Of a stretch of DNA of 64,000 nt, positions 1 to 13,519 are shown one piece after another. This stretch comes from Octopus sinensis. Lineage: Eukaryota. Within the stretch, counting starts at the first letter, position 1, and each line of letters starts with the position of its first letter. Where the stretch lies: the NCBI RefSeq assembly GCF_006345805.1, contig NC_043004.1, positions 40,238,001 to 40,302,000 on the forward strand, in the 5' to 3' direction. A program made the translations under genes and the position numbers. Under the pieces are notes generated by a model. That model had not been told where the DNA came from and did no database searches. It saw only the letters and a program-made list of their open reading frames with translations.

Positions 1-826
1 TGGGGGATGAGTTCATAGCCGCACGCCTGTGCTTCTGATCTGGCAACACGCGAGTTGTGGATGGAAGCGTTGTCCTGCAGGAGGAGGATGCCTTTGCTGA
101 TCTTGCCCCGCCTCTTGATTTTGATAGCTTCTCTTAATTTCCTCAAAAGTGAAGCATAGTAGACTCCTGTAATTGTGGCACCCTTTGCCAGGAAATCTGT
201 CTTCACTACTCCGTCGTAGTCCCAGAAGACTGTAAGCATGACCTTGCCAGCGGAGGGCTGCACCCTTGCCTTCTTTGGAGGAGGTGAGTCACGGTGATTC
301 CACTGCATTGACTGGGCTTTGGTCTCTGGATCATAGTGATGGACCCAGGTTTTATCCTATGCAATCAGTTTTTTGAAAAATTTTGACTCATCTTCTTGGC
401 ACATCTCCAAATTCATCCTCGAGCAATCGACGTGTTCTTGCTTCTGGAAAGGTGTGAGCAACCTGGGAATCCATCTTGCAGACACCTTTTGCATATGCAA
501 ATGGTCATGAATGATAGTTTCCACAGACCCGGTACTAATCTTGACCTCATGGGCTATTTGGCGAATAGTTATGCATCGATCTTCCAAAATGGCAGCCTCA
601 ACTTGACGGACAGATGCCTCATCAATGGCAGAAGGGGGCGACCAGATCTGGGAGCTGTTTCCACAGAGTTCTGACCATGTTTGAATTCACGATGCCAGCG
701 TTTTACAAGGTCATATGATGGGGCATCATCACCATAAGTTACTTTCATTTCATCAAAAGCCTCCCGTGGTGTGCGTCCTTTCAAATACAAAAACCGGATC
801 ACTGCTCGACACTCAACATGCTCCAT
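1..826 (-). pseudogene. Mariner transposase pseudogene
   Basis: MEHVECRAVIRFLYLKG...RSGRP, then a 1-nt frameshift in a C-run near 636-640, then EDRCITIRQIA...KVSARWIPRLLT...KLIA*DKTWVHHYDPE (stop at 357-359)...SAGKVMLTVFWD. These are typical mariner HTH, WVPHEL-like and first-D motifs. Confidence 0.9.
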
Positions 827-993
827 TTCACACTTGACTCAGTTCAAACACCTGTAAATCGGAAACCACAATTTGTTCAGAGCTGTAATTTGCCACTTAA
901 TCTATAGAGATATAAATAATTGCACATGCAAAATTTCAGCTAGATCAAACAACTGCAAGTGGGTCAGAGGCATTACTTATTGAACGCCCCTCG
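1..993 (-). mobile_element. Mariner DNA transposon, 5' part (runs off the window start)
   Basis: The minus strand starts TA|CGAGGGGCGTTCAATAAGTAATGC, a mariner-type TIR, with TA at 994-995. A transposase follows from ATG 826. Confidence 0.92.
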
Positions 994-1123
994 TAAGTTG
1001 TTTATAATTTTAACCGTAAAGGTATTTTAATATGCTGCCACATTTTTTGGTGAAATTTTTTTTCTGTAGAGAAAAAAAACTTTATCCTATATTAGTAGTA
1101 TATATATATATAATATATATATA

Positions 1124-1152
<29 letters not shown>

Positions 1153-1154
<2 letters not shown>

Positions 1155-1308
1155 CGACGGGCTTCTTTCAGTTTCCGTCTACCAGGTCCACTCACAAGGC
1201 TTTGGTCAGCCTGTGGCTCAAGTAGAAGACACTTGCCCATGGTGCCATGCAGTTGGAGAGAACCTGGAACCATATGGTTGGAAAACAAGCTTCTTACCAC
1301 ACAGCCAC
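1153..1308 (-). mobile_element. SINE family A, 5' half
   Basis: Matches the head of the full-length copy at 61095-61500. Confidence 0.8.
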
Positions 1309-1761
1309 ATATATTTTGGGGATGAGAACGATTTTATTCCTACATTCCACTCCTATATGCCTGGTACAATATTCACATAAATAATCTAAAAATGAATTGG
1401 ACTAACATGACTCTTCCAAGGTGTGATTGTTTCAATTTAAATATACAGTCTTAAATTGCCAAGTGTAATGTCAATTTATGTGTATAATATCTGCTTACAG
1501 CCACATCACACTGAATGCACTAGTTGTCGTGTGATTACCGATGTTAAGCGATGTCAAGCTTTGTTCGTAATTAAATGGGTGACCACTTGGGAGCCCTAGG
1601 TGCTATATGCATCTCACTTTAATTTGGTGAGCTGGCAGAATTGTTAGCATGCTGGACAAAATGTTTAGCAGTATTCCATCTTTCTCTGTGTTCTGAGTTC
1701 AAATTCTGCCAAGGTCGACTTTGCCTTGTATCCTTTCAAGGTTGATAGAATAAATATCTGT

Positions 1762-1995
1762 TTCTGTATTACCCACAAGGGGCTAAACATAGAGGGGACA
1801 AACAAGGACAGACAAACGGATTAAGTCGACTGTATCGACACCAGTGCGTAACTGGTACTTAATTTATTGACACCGAAAGGATGAAAGGCAAAGTAAACCT
1901 CGGTGGAATTTGAACTCAGAACAAAACGGCAGACGAAATATGGCTACGCATTTCGCCCGGCATGCTAATGTTTCTGCCAGTTTGCCGTCCAGCTG
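1762..1995 (-). mobile_element. SINE family B (head GGCGAGCTGGCAGAA)
   Basis: Pol III-like head with B-box GAGTTCAAATTCC and body TTTCATCCTTTCGGTGTCAATAAATTAAGTACCAG. Near-identical to copies at 10203 and 11671. Confidence 0.85.
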
Positions 1996-3289
1996 AATAA
2001 TGGAGTCAACATAACTGACTTACTCCCTCTGCTGAACTTGCTGGCCCTGTGCCAAAATTTGAAACTGATGTATATGTAACATATGTTTTCACAAGAAAAT
2101 GTGAAATAATTCCATTTTAAAACAATAAATCTTGAAGCAGACAAAGCTATAAACACTACTGTGTAGATATTTGGTTAAAAAAAACTGTAAAGAGAACTTC
2201 TTAACCACACATTTTTTTACTTCTGTTTCTTCAAAACATTCTCCATCTCTGTGTCTGTCTGTCTGTCTCTATTTCTCTCTTTTTGTCTAAACTCTTGCTA
2301 TTGTCATTTAGCACAAGTTCAACTCTGAAGGAGCAGACTTATGATCAAAAAGAGATCCACCCTTTTACCAGCTCATCTCTTTAACATATCCAGCCCTACA
2401 TTGTCACATAGAACCATTTGTTTTTTCAGAATAATGTGCATGTGATTTAAGGGAAATGTTGCTGTTATTTCCAGCAGCTCAAACACTGACATAGAAACTC
2501 CTCCTTGGTTTGTCTGCCATGATTATATCTTATCAGTATCATTCATACACCACTCTTATTTTTTTTTTACTCAGTAGATATTGTAGACATTGTCTATCTG
2601 TATCACATGACCATACCAACATTGCTATATTTTTCTGTGCATATTGGTTGCTGCATTTGATGTCCAGTCATTGCTTTCACAGCCAGCATTGAGCTGCAAG
2701 TCTCATGCTTGCTAATGCTGCACTTTTATTCATATGCCGTTCACATGCAGCAGAAACTATTCAAAATGCAAATGGCCAACATTAACTCTTCAAAGAGATG
2801 AAGCAAGCTATAAAATGTTTCCACCAATTCAATCAATTATCAATTTGCAGCACCATTCATACAAATGGATATTAGATGTATAAAAACAGATGCAAATAAT
2901 GAAAAAGAATAAATAAACCTCTCATAACGAATCTACATTCAAATCTGGATAAAAAGATCCCTTGCTCAATTGAACTCTAGCATTTCCAAGCCCTAAAACC
3001 AGATATTTTGAAACCCTGTTGCCACACATTGTGTGCTACGTATGATCTGCATGTATGCAATGAGTTTCTGAGGCAGATCAGAAAAATGTCAAGGCATTTA
3101 AAAGACTTTGGTGTTAAGTGCTATGCACGCACCCATCTCTACATTAAAATAGTTTTAATACTTGTAAATAAATATTTAGTTTGTGCATTGAGAATTTCTC
3201 AGTATTCCTGACATGTCTTCCGTTCCTCTCTGTTATCCATGGAGCTTTTAAGCTCTTGGATAATACATCTAGTGCCTTCTGGAAATTGG

Positions 3290-3520
3290 TTGATGTAGCT
3301 GTATATAATCATTGGTCATTGCTATTGTAACATAGAAGAGCTAACAGCTGAAATTTCTCTAAGGCAACCATCCCATGGCAAATAGGAAGGAAGTGGATCG
3401 GCAAGATAAAAAGAAGGATGAAAAATGAAAAATCATGAGGGAGCCTAGAAAGAAGGCAAAACTGGAGACCCGTTGCAAGGAAGCACCCATCCTGATGGGA
3501 AGCTAGAAATTTAGTCATCT
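3290..3520 (+). pseudogene. Degenerate RTE-like LINE ORF C-terminus
   Basis: GHCYCNIEELTAEISLRQPSHGK* followed by GRKWIGKIKRRMK resembles the RTE terminal GHCxR...LWQPxHGKRxRGRP...W region. Heavily decayed. Confidence 0.35.
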
Positions 3521-3706
3521 GAAAGAATAACTTTATCTGATCTAATGGGTATGTGGCTATTTTGAAAACACTTCACAGAGCAATGAGTATGCTCTCATAG
3601 TTATGGACTGCCCTTTGGAAAAGCATAGCATCTGCTCAGCCATTCTACCAGGGTAACCATGTATCTCCTTTGTGGCAGCACACCTGTTTCTGTCCTCATT
3701 CCTGAT

Positions 3707-3729
3707 TTCTCTCTCTCTCTCTCTTTTTA

Positions 3730-3803
<74 letters not shown>
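3707..3803. repeat. (CT)n microsatellite
   Basis: Direct reading. It is flanked by two related copies of GGTAACCxTGTAxCTCCT...CACCTGTTTCTGTC. Confidence 0.95.
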
Positions 3804-3805
<2 letters not shown>

Positions 3806-4181
3806 CAGTCAGGTAACCTTGTACCTCCTCTACAGCAAGACACCTGTTTCTGTCTCTCTGTCACACTCTAACCTTTCATTATCTGACACAAGATCAACTC
3901 CTCCAATGCCCCCTCCCCTCTCAAAAGGTTTTTGTCTTGCAAGTTACTTGGTGACCCTGTCAGTGCTGGTGCCATGTAAAAAAGCATCCAGTCCACACTG
4001 TAAAGTGGTTGGTGTTAGGGAGGGCATCCAGCTGTAAAAATCCTGCGGCCATGCTGGAGCACCGCCTTTAATCGAGCAACTCGACCCCGGGACTTATTCT
4101 TTTGTAAGCCCAGTACTTATTCTATTGGTCTCTTTTGCCGAACCACTAAGTAACGGGGACATAAACACACCAGCATCGGTT

Positions 4182-4293
<112 letters not shown>

Positions 4294-5179
4294 GTTTGTT
4301 TGTATCTATCTATATCATTATCATCATCATCATTTAATATCTGTTTTGCATGGGTTGGTAAGTTTGACAGGAGCTGGCCAGTTTTCAATTGTCTGCTGTG
4401 GCGTGGCTTCTACAGCTTGATGCCCTTCCTAACCGCAACCACTTTACACAGGGTACTGGTGTTTTTTTTTTTTCATGTGGGACTGGGACGGGTGCTGTAT
4501 ACATGGTACTGGCTGTCGCTTTTTCACATGGGACCGAGGCATGGGTGCTGTTTTTAATTTCTTGTGGCAACAACATAAATGCATGTTTCAACGTAACACC
4601 GAAACATGCTTTTTTTTACATGTCACTAGCACCACAAGCCCACAAAACAAGGACCTTTCAGCTGAGAGCGCAGGAGTGGGGTGAGTATAAATAGACAGAT
4701 ATATCTGTGTGTGTGTACACATTAGTGTATGTAAGTGTATGTGTGTGTACACATGTGTGTATGTACATATGTGTGTGTGTGTGTGTGTGTGTAATCCCCA
4801 TATGTATTGTAATCCCTTTCATGACATGCTTGTATTGAATAATTGGGCTCTGATGGCATATAAATAAAGGATTAGAATTATTGTTGGTGTTTTTATTATT
4901 GGTAATGCTGTGTTTGTGTTGCTAATAGTATTTTATTTATTTATTATACACTTTTTATTGTTTGCTTTCTGTTTTTTTTTTATGTTCTATTATATTTTTT
5001 TTTTCCTTCCCAGTTTGAAATTTTTTCATATCTGTTAGTTTTTAATCTTAATATAGTGTTTCTACAGTTTCATATGGAAATTAATCAACGGCAGACTAAC
5101 ATTATCGCATTTCCCTGCCAAAGGAAGTTATAACGTGAAAATATTAACTTGTGGCAACGAAAAAAAAAAAAGGAGAATA

Positions 5180-5355
5180 AATAATGATAATGATAACAAC
5201 AACAATAACAACAACAAAGACGACAGCGGTGATGATGAAGATGGAGGTGTTGGTGTTGGTGGTAGTAGTGGTGTCAGCAGTGGTGGCGGTGGTGGTGGTG
5301 GCAGTGGCAGCAGTGGTGATGATGATACTGCTGCTGCTGCTGATGATGATGATGG

Positions 5356-5402
<47 letters not shown>

Positions 5403-5403
5403 T

Positions 5404-5436
<33 letters not shown>

Positions 5437-5570
5437 CGTTTATGATGATGATGATGTTGATAATGATGATGGTGGTGGTGGCGGCGGCGGTAGCGGTGGT
5501 GTGGTGATGATGATAATGATGATGATGATGATGATGATGATGATAGTGGTGGTGGTGGTGGTGGTGGTGA
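5180..5570. repeat. Compound (GAT)n/(GGT)n/(AAC)n trinucleotide array
   Basis: Direct reading. It produces poly-D, poly-M and poly-H ORFs in several frames. Confidence 0.95.
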
Positions 5571-6184
5571 TAAAACATTATACTATGCAAGTCCAGCACA
5601 ATAAAATTATTCACTGAATTTTTATGTTATTTGGAAAAAAAAAAGGTAAAAATAAAAAAATAAAAATGAAATGAAGACAAACTGCTGTACTTCACACAGC
5701 TAGAATTTTACATTATGTCTTTTGAGTTTTATGGCCGTAAGTTCTGCTTCTATGAATATTTATCCAGACTTTATTTATATTATTGTTTTCTGTTTTTTTT
5801 TTGGAAGTTTTTTTCTTCTTTCTCTGTTAGAAATAATGGAGGGTGAAGCAGAGAAATAAAGGGAGTTGTTGACAGAGTAAGTGCTGGATACTAACTGATT
5901 AACGAGTAAATCCGAGTAATAAAACATTCATTCATACAGAGATATCAACTACTTCATTCATTAGCTGATTTATTAAAAATTAAAATATAAAATAGATAAA
6001 CGAATAAATAAATAAAACAGAACTGCTAAAATCTTTAAATAAATAAAATAATACAAGTTAATCAAATTCCTTAATTCCACAGAGGGGTGGGAAAAAAAAT
6101 CCCACCGCACACAATTAATCTTTGAAGTTTGTGTGAAATCTTGAAAGATTTTAAATGTGATTTTTTTTTTCACTTTTCAGCATC

Positions 6185-7420
6185 ATTTTCATCATACTCC
6201 TCTGCATCATCATCATCACCATTTTTGCCTTCTTCTTCTTCTTCTTCTTCTTCTTCTTCTTCTTCTTCTTCTTCTTCTTCTTCTCCTCCTCCTCCTCCTC
6301 ACCATCATCATTATCATCATCACTGTCGTCGTCCTCATCAGCCAGTGTCATTGTCTCCCCTCCTCCTCCTCCCTTGTCCTTGTTTTCATCAATGTCCTTT
6401 CCCCCCCCCCTTACCTGTCGTCCCCAAAAGCCTCCTCATCCTCTACTTCCTCCTCCTCATCCTCTACTTCCTCCTCCTCCTCCTTGTCCTCGTCCTCATT
6501 CTCCACCTCCTCCTCATCGTCGTCATCTTCCTCATCCTCCCCTCCTCGGCGGCGTCTTCCCCTTCTCTTCGTCCTCTCATCATCATCATTATTGTCATCA
6601 TCATCATCATCCTCTTCCTCCTCCTCCTCCCTATTCTCCTCATCGTCCTCGTCCTCCTCTCTATTCTCTTCCTCGTCCTCCTCTTCTTCCTCCTATCCTC
6701 CTCATCCTCATCCTCCCCATCATCTGCATCCTCATCCTCTCCTCCTCCCCCTCCCCCTCCCCTTCATCTTCGTCCTCCTCTCCCTTCTCTTCATTTTCGT
6801 CCTCCTCTTCATCCTCGTCCTCCTCTTCATCTTCGTCCTCCTCTTCATCCTCGTCCTCCTCTTCATCCTCGTCCTCCTCTTCATCTTCGTCCTCCTCTTC
6901 ATCCTCGTCCTCCTCTTCATCTTCGTCCTCCTCTTCATCCTCGTCCTCCTCTTCATCTTCATCCTCCTCTTCATTCCCCTTTTTCTCCTCCCCCTCGTCG
7001 TCCTTATCATCCTCCTCCCCTTCAATGTCCTCCTCCTTGTCGTCTTCCTATTTCCCCAATGTTCTCCCCTCGTCCTCTTCATCCTTCTTGTGTCCTCCTC
7101 ATCATCTTCTCCCCTGTTCTCCCCCTTGTCTGCCTCCTCGTCCTCCTCTCTCACCTCTCCTTCCCATCCTCTCTCTCTCTTTACCCTCTCTCTTCATTGT
7201 CTCCTTCATTGTTATCACCCAAGTGATGTTCAATAACTGCAGCATCCTCCTTCTCCAGTACACCATCATCATCATCATCACAACCACCCCTGCTATCATC
7301 GTCATCATCATCACTGTTGTCATCATTGTCACCACCACCACCACCACCACCACCATCATCATCATCACCATCATCATCGTCACCATCATCATGATCAGCA
7401 GCATCATCATTATCATCATC
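6185..7420. repeat. Compound CTT/CCT/CAT array with an embedded 18-bp minisatellite
   Basis: An 18-mer CTCTTCATC(C/T)TCGTCCTC is repeated about 10 times at roughly 6785-6965. Confidence 0.92.
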
Positions 7421-7508
7421 TTTTTAACAACTGAAGAAGTGGTCTGGTAGAATCTATAGAACATCAGGATAAAATAAAGAAAAAAAATACCTTGTGGTAT
7501 TTACTTAC

Positions 7509-7562
7509 ACAGCTTTAGGTACCGAATACAAATCCCACTCGCACAGGGATTAAAGATTAATT
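7509..7562 (-). CDS. Candidate 54-nt symmetric internal exon, copy 1
   Basis: TTCTTACAG|AATTAATC...AAGCTGT|GTAAGT. Only one frame is open (phase 1-1): (E)LIFNPCASGICIRYLKL. No homology recognised. Confidence 0.35.
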
Positions 7563-8171
7563 CTGTAAGAATTCATTGCTCATCAGAAAAGGAGAGGGGA
7601 AAACTATATTTCATGATTTGCAGTGCTGTGGCATTTTCAAGCCGGAAGCTGGTTCATATCCTACTCCATCGCATTGAACATCACATCAGGGGGTCAGCGT
7701 TTTATAGAGAATAAATATTGAATGGTTGCACAGAGGAGATAACAAATAGAGTAATAATTATATTTACAGATGTATGAAAGTCTATTTCTACATTTTCCCC
7801 CACCATTTTTAGTGTATTGATTTTGGTAGTCGGTGGGATAATTATTATTATTGAAAGTGATATATAACAGCTGATCAATGTATTGTAATAATAAAAAAAA
7901 TTGTAGTTTGAAAGTAACAAGATAAGGCAGCCGTTTGAACAATAGTTCATTGTTATCATCACCATCGACACTGCTTCCACCACCACCACCACCACCACCA
8001 CCACCACCACCACCACCATCATCATCATCACCATCATCATCGTCACCATCATCATGATCAGCAGCATCATCATTATCATCATCTTTTTAACAACTGAAGA
8101 AGTGGTCTGGTAGAATCTATAGAACATCAGGATAAAATAAAGAAAAAAAATACCTTGTGGTATTTACTTAC

Positions 8172-8225
8172 ACAGCTTTAGGTACCGAATACAAATCCCA
8201 CTCGCACAGGGATTAAAGATTAATT
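8172..8225 (-). CDS. Candidate 54-nt symmetric internal exon, copy 2
   Basis: Identical to 7509-7562 and lies inside the 663-bp duplication. Confidence 0.3.
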
Positions 8226-8619
8226 CTGTAAGAATTCATTGCTCATCAGAAAAGGAGAGGGGAAAACTATATTTCATGATTTGCAGTGCTGTGGCATTTT
8301 CAAGCCGGAAGCTGGTTCATATCCTACTCCATCGCATTGAACATCACATCAGGGGGTCAGCGTTTTATAGAGAATAAATATTGAATGGTTGCACAGAGGA
8401 GATAACAAATAGAGTAATAATTATATTTACAGATGTATGAAAGTCTATTTCTACATTTTCCCCCACCATTTTTAGTGTATTGATTTTGGTAGTCAGTGGG
8501 ATAATTATTATTATTGAAAGTGATATATAACAGCTGATCAATGTATTGTAATAATAAAAAAAATTGTAGTTTGAAAGTAACAAGATAAGGCAGCCGTTTG
8601 AACAATAGTTCATTGTTAT

Positions 8620-8900
8620 CATCACCATCGACACTGCTTCCACCACCACCACCACCACCACCACCACCATCATTATCACCACCATCATTATCACCATCAT
8701 CATCATCATCATCATCATCTTCATCATCATCCTCATTGTTATCGTTGTCGTCATCATCATTGTCATTGTCATCATCATCATCATCCTCATTGTCATCATC
8801 ACTGTCATCATCATCATCATCATCATTGTGATTGTCATCATCATCGTCATCATCATCATTGTCGTCGACATCATCATCATCATCGCCACCATCATCCTTG

Positions 8901-8931
<31 letters not shown>

Positions 8932-9305
8932 CATTCTCATGGTCATCATCATTGTCATCATCATCATTGTCATCATCATCATCACCGGCATCATCATTAT
9001 CATCATTGTCATCATTATCATCACGATCATCATTGTTGTAATTGTCATCAGCATCAACATCATCATCATCATCATCATCAACTTCACCTGCACTAGCACC
9101 ACCACCAGACTGACCACTACCACCACCACCACAGCCTCTGCTGCTGTCACTATTGCCACCACCATCGCCGCTGCCACCACCACCACCACAACAACAACAA
9201 CAACAGCAACGACAACACCACAACCATCACCACCATCATCATCATTATCGTCATCCATCATCATTGTTATCATTGTTGTCATTGTCGTCATTATCATCAT
9301 CATTA
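8620..9305. repeat. Compound (CAT)n/(CAC)n/(CAA)n array
   Basis: Direct reading. Confidence 0.95.
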
Positions 9306-9349
9306 TCTATCTATCTATCTATAAAATCGATGAACATCAATGGAATTTG

Positions 9350-9734
9350 TATTTTTGTGGTACCAGTGCCAGTGGCACATAAGAAAACCATCCGAATGTG
9401 GCCGTAGCTAGTACCGCATCGACTGGCCTCCGTGCTGTGGGCACGTAACTAACACCATCCGATCGCGGCCGTGCCAGCTTCGCCTGGCCTCCGTGCCGGT
9501 AGCACGTAAAAAATACCATCCGAGCGTGGCCGTTCACCAGCCTCATCTGGCACCTGTGTCAGTGGCACATAAAAAGGACCCACTACACTCATGGAGTGGT
9601 TGGCGTTAGGAAGGGCATCCAGCTGTAGAAATTCTGCCAGATCTGACTGGCCTGGTGCAGCCTTCGGGCTTCCCAGTTGAACCGTCCAACCCATGCTAGC
9701 ATGGAAAGCGGACATTAAACGATGATAATGATGA

Positions 9735-9738
<4 letters not shown>
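9350..9738 (-). mobile_element. Family D element (RTE-type 3' end with (GAT)n tail)
   Basis: Ends ...CCAACCCATGCTAGCATGGAAAGCGGACATTAAACGATGATAATGATG and has internal ~50-bp subrepeats. Related copies: ~4340-4640, 18530-18760, 22605-22770, 31735-31935, 34265-34450, 57215-57730, 60225-60497, 60535-60690. By strand convention, copies reading CTACAGCTGGATGCCCTTCC on the + strand are called plus, so this one is minus. Confidence 0.75.
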
Positions 9739-9778
<40 letters not shown>

Positions 9779-10202
9779 ACAAACATATATATATTTCTGT
9801 TTGAGTTAGAGGTTGAGAAACCAACTAAGGGATAGTACCTATCCAGTATACTGCTGGTAGTGTACCCAGTTATCCATAGTCAAGTGCTAGTTATTGCATG
9901 ATAATCTCACAATTGAGTATTATATCTGGGTGGGGGTAAAAGAGTGATTTACCCATGATTTATATGCCAAATAAGAAAACTGAAAGGATATAAAATCGAC
10001 AGACATCAACCAGTAAACATTCAGGTATGTATATTTATTCAATTTTATAACTTTATGGTAAGTCTGTACCTTATTTCCCCTTGCTATGCCCACGTTATTG
10101 TACTCTGCTGTACTTCAATTATATTCTTGTTTTTGCTCTTATTCTACTCTATTTAAAAGGATAAGTCACACCTTATCTATTCTTAACTAACTTTTATATG
10201 TG

Positions 10203-10432
10203 TTTCTTTATTACCCACAAGGGGCTAAACATAGAGGGGACAAACAAGGACAGACAAACGAATTAGGTCGATTACATCGACCCCAGTGCGTAACCGGTAC
10301 TTATTTCATCGACCCTGAAAGGATGAAAGGCAAAGTCGACCTTGGCGGAATTTGAACTCAGAATGTAGCGGCAGACGAAATACGGCTACGCATTTCACCC
10401 GGCATGCTAACGTTTCTGCCAGCTCGCCGCCT
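10203..10432 (-). mobile_element. SINE family B, full length
   Basis: Reverse complement starts AAGGCGGCGAGCTGGCAGAAACGTTAGCATGCCGGG and ends CCCCTTGTGGGTAATAAAGAAAC. Confidence 0.88.
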
Positions 10433-10446
10433 TATATGTGTTAGTC

Positions 10447-10846
10447 TCCCCACAACACCTTGGATGGAAGCACTCCGTCAGTTACGACGACGAGGGTTCC
10501 AGTTGATCCAATCAATGGAACAGCCTGCTCGTGAAATTAACGTGTAAGTGGCTGAGCACTCCACAGACACGTGTACCCTTAACGCAGTTCTTGGGGATAT
10601 TCAGCGTGACACAGAGAGTGACAAGGCCGACCCTTTGAAATACAGGTACAACAGAAACAGGAAGTAAGAGTGAGAGAAAGTTGTGGTGAAAGAGTACAGC
10701 AGGGATCACCCCCCCCCCCCTGCTGGAGCCTCGTGGAGCTTTAGGTGTTTTCGCTCAATAAACACTCACAACACCCGGTCTGGGAATCGAAACCGTGATC
10801 CTACAACCGCGAGTTCGCTGCCCTAACCACTGGGCCATTGCGCCTC
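10447..10846 (-). mobile_element. tRNA-derived SINE family C (head H1 + tail T1)
   Basis: Head GAGGCGCAATGGCCCAGTGGTTAGGGCAGCG...GGTTTCGATTCCC carries A/B boxes. The tail starts GTACCTGTATTTCAAAGGG. Confidence 0.85.
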
Positions 10847-11670
10847 TACAACACACACACAACACCTTAGACCCTCTGAAGAAGCCTAAGGGCACGTCCA
10901 TTATCCAAGCCTTGTCTGTTCATCCATGCATAACATTGAAGTGATGGAGATAACCTGGAAGATTTTGTTGCCTCTTGGCAGAAACAGCTGTAAGGAACTA
11001 GTACCTGCACACCCATTTATATTTTTGCTCATTTGTTTCTATAAACTTATATGTATTCACACCTTTGTCTATGCAGTTACCAGCTTTTTCCACTCGCTAA
11101 TCTGTAACACTCATACGTGTGTGTGTGTGTGTATTCATCCAATACATTTGAATAAATAGACATACTTGATTGTTCACTTACTGATGTCTGTCGATTTTAT
11201 ATCCTCTCCATTTTCTTATTTGCTATATGTGTGTGTGTGTATGTATATATATATATATATATATATAGTGTAATAAATAAAATATATGCATACATACAAA
11301 CATATATGTATGTACCGACATCTACATGTATATATACATGCATATATAAATATATATATATATATATGTATATATATATTTGTGTGTAAGGTTTAAATAA
11401 TGTGTATGTGTATGTGTGTGTGTGTGCATGTGTATGTATATGTATTTATGCATGTGTCTTTGTGTATGTCTTTGTCCCCTACCACTGTCTGACAACTGGT
11501 ATTGGTTTGTTTATGTCTTGTAACTTAGCACTTTGGCAAAAGAGACTGACAAAATGAGTACCAAGCTTAAAAACACAAATACTGAGGTCAATTTGTTTGA
11601 CTAAACCCTTTAAGGTAGTGTCCCAGCATGGCCACAGTCCAATGACCTAAACAAGTTAAAGACAAAGATA

Positions 11671-11892
11671 CCTATTTCTTTACTACCCACAAGGGGCTAA
11701 ACACAGAGGGGACAAACAAGGACAGACAAATGGATTAAGTCGATTATGTCGACCCCAGTGCATAATTGGTTCTTAATTTATCGACCCCGAAAGGATGAAA
11801 GGCAAAATCGACCTCAGCGGAATTTGAACTCAGAACATAACAGCAGATGAAATACGGCTACGCATTTCGCCAGCATGCTAACGATTCTGCCA
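11671..11892 (-). mobile_element. SINE family B
   Basis: Matches 10203-10432. Confidence 0.85.
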
Positions 11893-12564
11893 TATCCATA
11901 TAAACTCAAAGGATACTTAAGATTTTTGTCCAGGGTTCATGAACAAAAAAATTTCGCAGAGGTGCTAAAACATAATAACATTGCAAAAAAAAACCATTTC
12001 AAGCTTGACAAAAATTTCATTGTGCGAATCATGCCAAGACTTATTTGTTCTCCAGGGATTGCTGAATTTGAAAAAAGCAATCTAATGTGATGTAGTTATG
12101 CTTAAAATGCTCACAGAAAAACCATAGCAAAAATTAATTTTGTTTGTTTCTGTTAACACTTAGAACATGCTGCTTTGCATAATTTAGATCAATGGTTCTC
12201 AAGCATTTTTTTTGCCAGTGGACCCCTTTAATTATATTTTATTCTAGTGAATCCCCATAGCCATTTGATGTTTAAAAAATAGTTTTATAGATGCTTCCTT
12301 CAAAATTCCTATTTTGTTTTTCGTACATTGGCTTGTGTATGGGGTAGTATCAAAAGGTTCTTAGACTAGTTCTGTAGCGCATGGTTGTGTGTGCAGTGAG
12401 AGCTAGCAGTGACCTTCATGAGGCACTGTGCCATGTGACGCCACTGTGTTTACTTTGTAAGTTGTGAAATATCTGTTTTTATGATCACGCGTATGCTGTA
12501 GTCTGCAATTTTTGTCATGGATAGGTGTCTTGCTGTAGAGGAGATACATGGCTACCCAGTTGAA

Positions 12565-12569
12565 GGAGA

Positions 12570-12600
<31 letters not shown>

Positions 12601-13235
12601 CAAAAGAGAGAGAGAGAGAGCAAAAGAGAGAGAGAGAGAGAGCAAAAGAGAGAGAGAGAGCAAGAGAGAGAGAGCAAAAGAGAGAGAGAGAGGAAGAGAG
12701 AGAGAGAGTGCAAGAGAGAGAGAGTGCAAGAGAGAGAGAGAGCAAAGAGAGAGAGAGAGCAAGAGAAAGAGAGCAAAAGAGAGAAAGAGAGAGCAAGAGA
12801 GAGAGCAAGAGAGAGAGCAAAAGAGAGAGAGAGGAAAAGAGAGAGAGAGCAAGAGAGAGAGAGGGAGAGAGCAAGAGAGAGAGAGAGCAAGAAAGAGAGA
12901 GAGAGCAAGAGAGAGAGTGCAGAGAAGAGAGCACAAGAGAGAGAGAGAGTGCAAGAGAGAGAGAGAGTGCAGAGATAGAAGAGAGAGAGCAAGAGAGAGA
13001 GAGACAGAGAGAGAGAGCAAAAGAGAAAAGAGAGAGCAAGAGAGAGAGAGCAAGAGAGAGAGCAAAAGAGAGAGAGAGGAAAAGAGAGAGAGAGCAAGAG
13101 AGAGAGAGGGAGAGAGCAAGAGAGAGAGAGAGCAAGAAAGAGAGAGAGAGCAAGAGAGAGAGTGCAAGAGAGAGAGAGAGCAAAAGAGAGAGGGAGAGAG
13201 CAAGAGAGAGACAGACAGACAGACAGAGACAGAAA
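12565..13235. repeat. (GA)n-derived compound satellite with GAGCAA interruptions
   Basis: Direct reading. It sits at the same internal site of an element as the shorter GA tract at about 34570-34790 (shared flanks GAGGAGATA.ATGGCTACC and GAAGATGTGTTGGG). Confidence 0.9.
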
Positions 13236-13519
13236 TATGACGGTGGTGAAGATGTGTTGGGGTGTGTTTTCAAGGTATGGTGAGTTGAATACAAGTTGTA
13301 GAGAGTACCTGACAGGTGAATGAGTAAAGAGTCCACAAGGGTGTCAAAAGAAAGTGGGTGGTAAATGGCAAGGGTAGGGGGAATACAGTGAGTACTGAAC
13401 ACTGGTATGTGTGTATGTGCTTGTGTGTGTGTGTATGTGTGCATGCATGTGTGTGTGTGTGTGTGTGGTTTGCACATACATGTGTATGTGTGTTTGTATG
13501 TACATGTGTGCATGTGTGA

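Larger units (their letters stand above)
7331..8656. repeat. 663-bp direct tandem duplication
   Basis: TTTTTAACAACTGAAG starts at 7421 and 8084. The unique parts differ only by GTCGGTGGG vs GTCAGTGGG as far as I can read. Units are bounded by (CAC)n/(CAT)n arrays. Confidence 0.95.

Noticed and set aside
5135-9400. Long poly-D/S/H/M/L ORFs (up to 365 aa)
   Set aside because: They come from trinucleotide arrays that are stop-free in several frames on both strands, with no non-repetitive domain or consistent start.
10780-10846. tRNA-like sequence
   Set aside because: It is a SINE head: multicopy, diverged, lacking a proper acceptor stem and continuing into the SINE body.
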